A stretch of 19,427 nt of DNA from Candidatus Hadarchaeum sp. (GTDB taxonomy: Archaea > Hadarchaeota > Hadarchaeia > Hadarchaeales > Hadarchaeaceae), in contig NZ_JBMFOX010000024.1 in NCBI RefSeq assembly GCF_049969415.1, forward strand, positions 1-19,427, given 5' to 3'. The notes under the pieces are model-generated. The model was not told where the DNA came from and searched no databases. It worked only from the letters and a program-made list of their open reading frames with translations. The position numbers and the translations under genes were made by a program. How positions within the stretch are numbered: position 1 is the first letter of the stretch; the number at the start of each line of letters is the position of its first letter. This document shows, piece by piece, positions 8,692-15,478 of the stretch.

Positions 8692-9107
8692 CCCTGCGGC
8701 CCGCCGCCGGACTTTATTTTTCGGTACTCGGCGAGAGCTTTCTTCAGCGTTTTGTAGGCAAGCACGGCGCAGTGCATCTTTATCACCGGCAGTCCTCCCA
8801 GTGCCTCGGCAATTTCCTTGATCTGCAGCTTTTCGGCCTCAGCGACCGTCTTCCCCTTAATTAAATCCACAGTCACATCACCGGTGGCGATGTTAGCCGC
8901 ACATCCGAAGGAGAGGAACTTGGCGTCGACTATGCGGTCGTTTTCAATCTTCAAAAACATCCGGAACATGTCCCCGCACTGGGGGTCGCCCTCCTCCGCC
9001 ACTACGGTCGGGTTCTCCAGCTCCCCGATGTTTCTCGGGTTCCGGAAGCGCTCGAGCAGCTTCTCGCTGTACTTGAGCATCCCGCGCTCAGTATATTCTA
9101 CCGACAT
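8688..9107 (-). CDS. iscU: Fe-S cluster scaffold protein IscU/NifU-N
   Basis: YSEKLLERFRNPRNIG, GDPQCGD, FGCAANIA and LPVIKMHCA, with all three conserved Cys. Confidence 0.93.
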   Translation of the reverse strand: MSVEYTERGMLKYSEKLLERFRNPRNIGELENPTVVAEEGDPQCGDMFRMFLKIENDRIVDAKFLSFGCAANIATGDVTVDLIKGKTVAEAEKLQIKEIAEALGGLPVIKMHCAVLAYKTLKKALAEYRKIKSGGGPQG

Positions 9108-9116
9108 TTCACCACC

Positions 9117-10286
9117 TCACAGCTGCTCCGGCTTCACCGGGCTTATCCTCCTGAGATGTTCCACCACCCGCGGCACCACGCTCAGCGTGTAATCTACCTC
9201 CTCCTCAGTGTTATACCGGCTCAGGGTGAACCTTATCGTGCCGTGAGCAACCGCGGCCTTGACCCCGATCGCCGTGAGGACATGGCTGGGCTGCAGCTTG
9301 GTCGTAGAGCAGGCAGAACCCGTGGCAACCGAGATCCCGTTCAAATCAAGGTGCAGCATCATCGACTCCCCCTCCACCCCCTTAAAGGAACAGCTGACGT
9401 TTGCCGGGCTGCGCTTCTCCCCGCGAGGACCGTTGATCACGGTGTAGGGGATTTCCTCAAGTCCGGAGAGCAGCCTGTCGCGCAACCTCCTCATGTGGGC
9501 GACATCGCGGCCGAAGTTCTCCGCCATCAGCTCGGCGGCCCGGCCAAATCCCACGATGCCCGGCACGTTCTCCGTCCCGGGTTTCAGTTTGAACATGGAG
9601 ATGTAACCATAGGTCACGGGCTCGATCGGCGTCCCCTCGGCGATAAAAAGGGCACCGACCCCCTTCGGGCCGTGGACCTTATGGGCGCTCAGGCTCAGCA
9701 GGTCGACACCCATCTTTTTCACATCAACTCTGACCCTGCCATAGCCCGCCGCCGCGTTGACATGGAAGTACACCTTTTCCCGGCGTCCGCTGAGGATTTC
9801 GCCGATCTCCTCGACAGGTTCAATGGTACCGATCTCATCGTTCACGTTGGCCACGCTCACCAGAATAGTCTCCTCGGTAAGCCGCCTCTCCAATTCGGCG
9901 GTGTCGACGAAGCCCTCCTTATCCACGGGAAGATAATCGACCTTGAAGCCCTCCTTCTCCAGCCTCTCGCAGACCCTCAGAACCGAGGGATTCTCCACCC
10001 TGCTAGTGATGATGTGCCGGCCCCGATGGCGGTTGGCATAGGCAACGCCGCGGATGGCCATGTCGTTGGACTGGGTCGCCCCGGAAGTTAAGACCACCTC
10101 CTCCGGCCTGGCGTTGATGGTCCCCGCAATGATCCGCTGCGATCTCTCCACAGCCTCGGCCGCCTCCAGACCCGGTGTATAGGGAAAAATAGGATGGCCG
10201 AATTTCTCCGTGAAGTAGGGAAGCATGGCCTCCACAACCTCTCTAGCGACCGGTGTAGTCGTGCCGTTGTCCAGATAGACCTTCAC
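9117..10286 (-). CDS. iscS: Cysteine desulfurase IscS/NifS family (group I) with divergent PLP-site residues
   Basis: YLDN.TTTP, TSGAT, SAHKVHGPKG (PLP Lys), GSACS (persulfide Cys) and IRFTLSRYNT. Adjacent to iscU. Confidence 0.88.
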   Translation of the reverse strand: MKVYLDNGTTTPVAREVVEAMLPYFTEKFGHPIFPYTPGLEAAEAVERSQRIIAGTINARPEEVVLTSGATQSNDMAIRGVAYANRHRGRHIITSRVENPSVLRVCERLEKEGFKVDYLPVDKEGFVDTAELERRLTEETILVSVANVNDEIGTIEPVEEIGEILSGRREKVYFHVNAAAGYGRVRVDVKKMGVDLLSLSAHKVHGPKGVGALFIAEGTPIEPVTYGYISMFKLKPGTENVPGIVGFGRAAELMAENFGRDVAHMRRLRDRLLSGLEEIPYTVINGPRGEKRSPANVSCSFKGVEGESMMLHLDLNGISVATGSACSTTKLQPSHVLTAIGVKAAVAHGTIRFTLSRYNTEEEVDYTLSVVPRVVEHLRRISPVKPEQL

Positions 10287-10365
10287 ACGAGCACCAAGGG
10301 ATAATAACGCCTTGATAGCTTATACTTTTTATTCTCACCCGAGCCATTTACTCTAAAGTGGTCTG

Positions 10366-10866
10366 ATGGATGAGTTCACCTTCAGGGCCGCCTACGCGAT
10401 ATTCGGGGCAGTGCTGCTAGCCTTGCTGTTCTTCATCTTCAGCCGCAAGCTGGACCGAAAGCTCTTCGCGGTCCCCGTGGTGGTTGGCTTCCTCTTCTCG
10501 GCAATTACCGCGCAGTTCATCGGCGGCGGCGTGGCCTCGCCTCTGTTCGGTGGCGTCCTGACCGGCTATCTGGTAAAAAACACGACGAAGTGGTCAACCC
10601 TCTTCAGAGCCGGCGCCGCCAACGCCGCCCTGACTCTGGCCGCTCTGTTTCTGCCGGCCCACCTCACCCTCTACCAGACCAGCCTCGCGGACCTGCTGGC
10701 AATGATCTCAACGGCCGGATACACGATAACTGCGGAGCAGTTCCTCTACCTGCTCATCAGCAACTACCTCCTTTATTTCGTAACCATTTTCACCTTCCTC
10801 ACCGGGACAGGCGCCATCCTAGGCAACTACCTGCGCAGAGTGCTGATGCCCAAACAGCACCTTTAG
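10366..10866 (+). CDS. Hypothetical integral membrane protein
   Basis: 166-aa ORF with about five hydrophobic segments, ATG start, divergent from iscS. Confidence 0.7.
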   Translation: MDEFTFRAAYAIFGAVLLALLFFIFSRKLDRKLFAVPVVVGFLFSAITAQFIGGGVASPLFGGVLTGYLVKNTTKWSTLFRAGAANAALTLAALFLPAHLTLYQTSLADLLAMISTAGYTITAEQFLYLLISNYLLYFVTIFTFLTGTGAILGNYLRRVLMPKQHL

Positions 10867-10895
10867 AAGTTCAGAAACGCAAAAACCGCAACCCA

Positions 10896-10902
10896 TTTAT
10901 CT
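10896..10902 (+). promoter_or_regulatory. Putative TATA box of the tRNA gene
   Basis: TTTATCT about 25 nt upstream of G10925, where the structured tRNA leader begins. Confidence 0.5.
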
Positions 10903-10952
10903 CCAAAGGAGCACACGGTTTCACGGTAGCGGGAGAGCTACCCTCCGTAGCG

Positions 10953-10968
10953 AGCCTCGGGCCTACAA
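10953..10968 (+). other. tRNA intron 1, position 4/5 (acceptor stem), 16 nt
   Basis: Strict BHB: outer CC(10945-46)/GG(10970-71), central GUAG(10947-50)/CUAC(10963-66), bulges CG|A and AA|G, inner GCC/GGC. Confidence 0.8.
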
Positions 10969-10996
10969 GGGTAGGGCAGCATGGAGTGCCCGCCGG

Positions 10997-11018
10997 ACGT
11001 GGGAGAACCACGGGCGAA
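10997..11018 (+). other. tRNA intron 2, position 30/31, 22 nt
   Basis: Central CGCC(10991-94)/GGCG(11013-16), bulges GG|A and AA|G, inner CGUGG/CCACG. No outer helix (relaxed BHB). Confidence 0.9.
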
Positions 11019-11025
11019 GCTCATA

Positions 11026-11059
11026 AGGCGTCAAGCCGTGGGTTTGGCGCTCCTGCGAG
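11026..11059 (+). other. tRNA intron 3, canonical position 37/38, 34 nt
   Basis: Central CUCA(11020-23)/UGCG(11054-57) with one U.C mismatch, bulges UA|A and AG|A, and a 10-bp intron hairpin 11028-37/11041-50. Confidence 0.88.
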
Positions 11060-11067
11060 ACCCGGAG

Positions 11068-11096
11068 TCATCCGTGCCAAGACACGGGTGCCGGAA
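11068..11096 (+). other. tRNA intron 4, position 45/46 (variable loop), 29 nt
   Basis: Central CCGG(11062-65)/CCGG(11091-94), bulges AG|U and AA|G, inner 8-bp CAUCCGUG/CACGGGUG. Confidence 0.9.
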
Positions 11097-11110
11097 GTCG
11101 GTGGTTCAAG

Positions 11111-11139
11111 AGAGAACGGCGGTTGCCGGTCTCTGAAGT
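11111..11139 (+). other. tRNA intron 5, position 59/60 (T loop), 29 nt
   Basis: Strict BHB: the T-stem is the outer helix, central UUCA(11105-08)/UGAA(11134-37), bulges AG|A and GU|U, inner GAGA/UCUC. Confidence 0.9.
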
Positions 11140-11345
11140 TCCACCCCCCGCTACCACCTGCTGATCTTCAAACCGCGACCGATTTTAGAAAATGAGGACC
11201 CTAAGCTGTCCAAACGGTGGGTCAAGTTTTATCAGGCTCAATCGGCCGAGGAAAAATTGGCCGGGCGGCATGCATCAATGCTGCATTGAAAAACGAACCA
11301 AAAATCTCTTCTTCTTTGACAACAGACAATTAACGGGATGATGCC

Positions 11346-11930
11346 TTGGTAAGCTTTCTTTTCATTATAGTTTCAACCTTCATCTTCGGCCCCCTTGGCT
11401 CCACGCCCTACTGTTTTTCCCAAGGATTGTCCATCATCGAAACAGCTGTACTCGTGAGCATCGTCCACGCCGCCTTGGTCCCAATCTGGTTTCTCATCTT
11501 AGAGGTCATCCGTTACCGGTTAATTTACGAGAATCGTCTGCTAAGGAGAATCACCAGCGGCGCCTGGGCCAAATCCGGAAGTATCCGGGCCCGCTTGGAG
11601 AGGAACGCCAAGGAGTTTGAACGCCGGGTGGGTCAGAAGGGATTCGGCCTGGGTGTGGTGGTGTTCACCTTCACCTTCGGCGTCTCCTGGGCCGCTCTCG
11701 CCGCCGTGATGCTCAACATCAAGAAAAGCACCATTATCTACTCCATCGCGATCGGTGCGGTGGCCTCAAGCGTCTTCACCGCAGTGGCCTTGGGGACCAT
11801 CGGGACCCTGCTGCCCAGCCCCTGGCTCCTTTATCTCGTGGGCGCGGGTGCCATCCTGGTGATCTTCGGCCACCAAAAATACCGCGAGCGCAGGCTGCTG
11901 CACAGGCTCTACAGGCAGAAAAATCTGTGA
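11346..11930 (+). CDS. Hypothetical integral membrane protein
   Basis: 194-aa ORF with a TTG start (in-frame TAA at 11331), several TM segments and a basic cytoplasmic loop. Confidence 0.7.
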   Translation: MVSFLFIIVSTFIFGPLGSTPYCFSQGLSIIETAVLVSIVHAALVPIWFLILEVIRYRLIYENRLLRRITSGAWAKSGSIRARLERNAKEFERRVGQKGFGLGVVVFTFTFGVSWAALAAVMLNIKKSTIIYSIAIGAVASSVFTAVALGTIGTLLPSPWLLYLVGAGAILVIFGHQKYRERRLLHRLYRQKNL

Positions 11931-11943
11931 GGCAGGCACAGGC

Positions 11944-13083
11944 TCATTTGATAAGCCCGACGCGGTAAAGATACTCGGCCGCCAGCACCGCCCCCTTCGC
12001 CGCGCCCAGCTCGGTGTTATGTGAAAGCACGGTGTACTGAAAGCCCTTCTCAAAGACATTAGGCTCCACGCCACCGATGACCGCGACCATACCTCCCTCA
12101 ACCAAGCAATCGAACCTCGGCTGCGGACGGTCAACTTCCTCGGTGACCACAATGGGCTGCTTCGGCGCGGTCGGCAGCCCCAACCGCTGCGGCTCCCCGC
12201 GGTAACTCCTCCAGGCCTCCTTCAGCTCGTCAACGGTGCATCTGTCCCTGGTCTCGACGAAAACCGACTCCGTGTGCCCATCGAGGACCGGGACGCGGTT
12301 GCACTTGCAGGCTATCTTGAACGAAGCCGGGACAATTTTGCCATCGACAAAATCACCCAACAGTTTCACCGTCTCCTTTCTGACCTTCTCCTCTTCTCCC
12401 TTGATGTAAGGGATGACGTTGCCCTCGAAGGTTCCTGGGACAAAGTCGGGCAACGGCTCGGGCAGGCTGCCTCCCTGGGCGCGGCGCTGGTTCGCCCAGT
12501 TGCTCACCGCCGCATACCCGGCTCCCGAAACCGCCTGCATGGAAGCCATCGTCACCCGCTCCAGACCAAATCCATCGTAAACCGGTTTCAGTGACATGAC
12601 CAAGCCAATGGTCGTGCAGTTGGGCTGCGGGACCACGAATCCCTTCCAGCCCCGCCTCCTTTGTTGAATCTCGATAATTTTAGCGTGGTGTTCGTTGACA
12701 CCCGGTAGGTAGGTGAAGCTGTCCTCAAAATATCGGTAGGCCGAGGCCGTGCTGACCACCGGCTTTTCCCGGGCAATTCTGCCCTCCACTTCAAGTGCCG
12801 TTTCCGACGGCAAAGCGGAGAAGAAGAGATCAACCTCATCGCCGCGGACCTTGTTAACGTCCGCCACCTCCAGATCAAGGATCCTCTTCTTAGGGGCGGC
12901 TTTGACGAACCATCGGGAATCCTCGGTTCCGTATCCCAGCGCATCGGCATAGCTCTTCCCCGCCGACCTCTCGGAAGCGAAGAGGGCTGAAATCTCAAAC
13001 CACGGGTGGTTCTGTAGGTTAACGACGAACTTCTGCCCCACCTCTCCCGTAGCCCCCAAGATGCCCGCACTAATCTTCGTCAC
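11944..13083 (-). CDS. asd: Aspartate-semialdehyde dehydrogenase (archaeal type)
   Basis: GILGATGEVGQ, ASERSAGK, PNCTT (catalytic Cys), MQAVSGAGY, CNRVPVLDGH and SHNTELGAA. Confidence 0.95.
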   Translation of the reverse strand: MTKISAGILGATGEVGQKFVVNLQNHPWFEISALFASERSAGKSYADALGYGTEDSRWFVKAAPKKRILDLEVADVNKVRGDEVDLFFSALPSETALEVEGRIAREKPVVSTASAYRYFEDSFTYLPGVNEHHAKIIEIQQRRRGWKGFVVPQPNCTTIGLVMSLKPVYDGFGLERVTMASMQAVSGAGYAAVSNWANQRRAQGGSLPEPLPDFVPGTFEGNVIPYIKGEEEKVRKETVKLLGDFVDGKIVPASFKIACKCNRVPVLDGHTESVFVETRDRCTVDELKEAWRSYRGEPQRLGLPTAPKQPIVVTEEVDRPQPRFDCLVEGGMVAVIGGVEPNVFEKGFQYTVLSHNTELGAAKGAVLAAEYLYRVGLIK

Positions 13084-13171
13084 CTTGACACCTGCCCAAT
13101 TCTCTTCAATGCTAAAATTTATGAACGAACACCTTTTTAACGGTTATTAACTAAACGCAGCTGGTGATTCG

Positions 13172-13300
13172 TTGCCCCGTCGGAAATACGGTCACATGGT
13201 CGGTCCACTGCCACAACCGCCCAAGCCGGAAAAATGCCGCTTCTGCAGATCCGGGAGACCCTGCCCCTTCCACAAGCAGAACCCGCGGAACGGCGGCTAG
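13172..13300 (+). CDS. Putative 42-aa Cys/His zinc-finger micro-protein (absent from the ORF track)
   Basis: TTG…TAG ORF MPRRKYGHMVGPLPQPPKPEKCRFCRSGRPCPFHKQNPRNGG. GCTGGTGA Shine-Dalgarno 4 nt before the TTG and TATA-like TTTTTAA at ~13134-13140. Alternative ATG at 13196. Confidence 0.55.
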   Translation: MPRRKYGHMVGPLPQPPKPEKCRFCRSGRPCPFHKQNPRNGG

Positions 13301-13339
13301 AAATCACAGCGGTAACGTTAACCGGAGCTTCGTCAAAGG

Positions 13340-13690
13340 CTACTCAACAAAAATAATCTTAAGCTCCTTGTTGTCTAATGCCAAGTTTTTGGAAATGAGC
13401 TGGTTCTCTATCCAACAGGCGTTCATCACCGCGACTGGTACGATGCAGGTTGGTGTCAGACGTGCTTCGTGTGCCCGCGCAAATATCGGGCTCGTCTCGG
13501 CCCGGTAAAGGTCCTCCTTTCTGACCGCGACCAAAAGCTCACCGTAACTCTTTACCTTGAAGCAACCGCTATCCAGCTTCAATCTGGTTATTTGACCATC
13601 GCTGACCGCCGTAATCAGTGTCCTAAACCCACATAGCTTGCTCTCGGCGATTACCTTGGTCGGCATTTTCACTACCAACGTTTTTCCCAA
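13340..13690 (-). CDS. Conserved hypothetical protein (DUF6951-like); start may be the ATG at 13666
   Basis: Pattern LCGFRTLITA…SGC..V…CIVPVAVMNACWIENQL. Confidence 0.65.
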   Translation of the reverse strand: MGKTLVVKMPTKVIAESKLCGFRTLITAVSDGQITRLKLDSGCFKVKSYGELLVAVRKEDLYRAETSPIFARAHEARLTPTCIVPVAVMNACWIENQLISKNLALDNKELKIIFVE

Positions 13691-13817
13691 CTAGTGTTTA
13701 CCAGAATATAATCCCTTCCCTCCGGTGCAGAAATCAATCTCAAACGACGGAAAATACTGGGAAAAAGGGAATTTCTTGACAAGAACCCGTTCCAAAGTTA
13801 CATTTTAGGCGCCCAAG

Positions 13818-14594
13818 TCAGCGCAGCCCAAGTACGTCCTGCATGTCCTTTATAATCCCGGGCTTGCCCTTCTTGATGACATACCGAATCGCCTTCATTG
13901 TACCAACGGCGAACACTTCGCGGCTTTTCGCCCGATGGGTGATCTCCAAGACCTCAAAGGAGTTGGCGAACGCCAGCGTGTGATCACCAACGACCTCCCC
14001 TTCCCTAATCGACTTGATCTTGATTTCTTCAGGTTCAATACCAAACTCCTCAGCCACGATTTCCGCGGCTCTCAGCGCCGTTCCGCTGGGGGCATCCTTT
14101 TTGTAAACGTGGTGTACCTCGACCACGCTGGGCTCGTAATCCCGGCCGAGAACTTTGGCGGCTTCCCGGGCCAGCTTGAAAAACACGTTAACCCCGACCG
14201 AAAAGTTGGGCGAAATTACGGCCCGGATCCTTCCCCGCTTTATCGCCGCTTCTAGCGTTCTTCTTTGTTCCTCCGTGAAACCCGTGGTGCCCACGACGAC
14301 GGAAACCCCCATCCGCGCCGCCGTCTTCACATTCTGCACCGAGGCCTCCGCTGTGGTGAAGTCCACGAGGACATGCGGCTTAGTTTTTCTAAGTACCTCG
14401 CTCAGCTTACTCGACTCCACGACATTAACTCCCAACTTCTGAACGCCGGCAATCAGGCCGGCATCCTTTCCGATCATGGGGTGCTCAGGCACGTCAATGG
14501 CCGCCACGAGTTTCATGTCCTTCTGACCGGCCAGCTGGCGGACGATCAACCTTCCCATCCGCCCGGCCGCCCCGCAGACCGCAACCCGAATCAT
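13818..14594 (-). CDS. dapB: 4-hydroxy-tetrahydrodipicolinate reductase
   Basis: GAAGRMG, VDFT, VVGTTG, SPNFSVGVN, EVHHVYKKDAPSGTA and ITHRAKSR. Confidence 0.96.
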   Translation of the reverse strand: MIRVAVCGAAGRMGRLIVRQLAGQKDMKLVAAIDVPEHPMIGKDAGLIAGVQKLGVNVVESSKLSEVLRKTKPHVLVDFTTAEASVQNVKTAARMGVSVVVGTTGFTEEQRRTLEAAIKRGRIRAVISPNFSVGVNVFFKLAREAAKVLGRDYEPSVVEVHHVYKKDAPSGTALRAAEIVAEEFGIEPEEIKIKSIREGEVVGDHTLAFANSFEVLEITHRAKSREVFAVGTMKAIRYVIKKGKPGIIKDMQDVLGLR

Positions 14595-15478
14595 CTCAGC
14601 AGCCCCATCTCGACCAGCACCCGGCGCAACCGCTCCTGATTCTCCGGCTGCATCTCGACCAAGGGCAACCTGTAACCCCCGGCGGGCATCCCCATCCAGT
14701 TCATGGCTGCCTTCACCGGTACCGGGTTGGTCTCAAGAAAGAGCGCCTTAAAGAGGGGCATGAGTTCCTCATTCAGCCTTCTCGCCGCCTCGATATCCCC
14801 GGCGCGGAAGGATTCGACCAGCCTGGCCACCTTGTCGGGCACGATGTTGGAGGCCACGGAGATAACGCCCTTGCCCCCCAGCTTCATGATCTCAAAGGTT
14901 AGGGCGTCGTCACCGGAAAGCACGGTGAAATCCTCACCGCGGGTCAACTCGATAATCCGGGCCACCTGATTGAGGTCCCCGCTGGCCTCCTTCACGCCGA
15001 CGATGTTCTTCAGCTTGGCCAGCTTCGCCATCGTCTCCGGCAGCATGTTCACCCCGGTGCGGGAAGGGATGTTGTAGATCACCTGGGGGATATCAACCTC
15101 CTCGGCCAGCTTCTTGAAGTGGGCGTAGAGCCCCGCCTGGGTCGGTTTGTTATAGTAGGGCACCACGATCAGCGCGCCATCGGCTCCAACCTCCTTCGCG
15201 TGCTTGGTGAGCATCAGCGCCTCCCAAGTGCTGTTGCTCCCGGTCCCGGCCAGAACCGGTACCCTGCCACCCGCCTCGTCAACGACGATTTCAATGACGC
15301 GGTTGTGCTCTTCATAGGACAACGTTGGCGATTCCCCGGTAGTGCCGGTCGGGACCAAGCCGTGAATGCCCTTTTTGATCTGGAACCTCACGTTCTCGCG
15401 GAGGCCCTCCTCATCAACCTTTCCCTCACTGTCGAACGGAGTCACCATTGCAGTATATGCGCCCTCAAACATGATCAA
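14591..15478 (-). CDS. dapA: 4-hydroxy-tetrahydrodipicolinate synthase (start TTG 15478 or ATG 15472)
   Basis: GTTGES, PYYNKP, YNIPSRTG, GVKEAS (Schiff-base Lys), LSGDD and ETNPVPVK. Confidence 0.96.
   Translation of the reverse strand: MIMFEGAYTAMVTPFDSEGKVDEEGLRENVRFQIKKGIHGLVPTGTTGESPTLSYEEHNRVIEIVVDEAGGRVPVLAGTGSNSTWEALMLTKHAKEVGADGALIVVPYYNKPTQAGLYAHFKKLAEEVDIPQVIYNIPSRTGVNMLPETMAKLAKLKNIVGVKEASGDLNQVARIIELTRGEDFTVLSGDDALTFEIMKLGGKGVISVASNIVPDKVARLVESFRAGDIEAARRLNEELMPLFKALFLETNPVPVKAAMNWMGMPAGGYRLPLVEMQPENQERLRRVLVEMGLLR

Larger units (their letters stand above)
10949..11156 (+). tRNA. Initiator tRNA-Met(CAU) with five introns. Exons: 10949-10952, 10969-10996, 11019-11025, 11060-11067, 11097-11110, 11140-11156
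   Basis: Spliced product AGCGGGG-UA-GGGC-AGCAUGGAGU-GCCC-G-CCGGG-CUCAUAA-CCCGG-AGGUC-GGUGG-UUCAAGU-CCACC-CCCCGCU-A-CCA (78 nt). All four stems are perfectly Watson-Crick paired, with the initiator hallmarks A1-U72 and G29-G31/C39-C41 and an encoded CCA. Each junction falls at the BHB cleavage position. An alternative exon 1 exists at 10928-10931. Confidence 0.93.

Noticed and set aside
9156-10091. 311-aa plus-strand ORF
   Set aside because: Antisense shadow of iscS.
10925-11156. RNase P RNA or SRP RNA (GC-rich ~230-nt structured RNA with paired ends)
   Set aside because: The RNase P P4 strands (GAGGAAAGUCC / ACAGAA…GCUUA) and the SRP helix-8 motif are not found on either strand, whereas the tRNA model accounts for every base.
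10590-11195. 201-aa plus-strand ORF crossing the tRNA locus
   Set aside because: It is an off-frame overlap with the membrane protein gene, has non-protein-like composition, and its 3' half is fully explained by the intron-containing tRNA.
13164-13508. 114-aa plus-strand ORF in the ORF track
   Set aside because: It overlaps the DUF6951-like gene antisense, and its GTG is part of the GGTGA Shine-Dalgarno of the better-supported small ORF at 13172.
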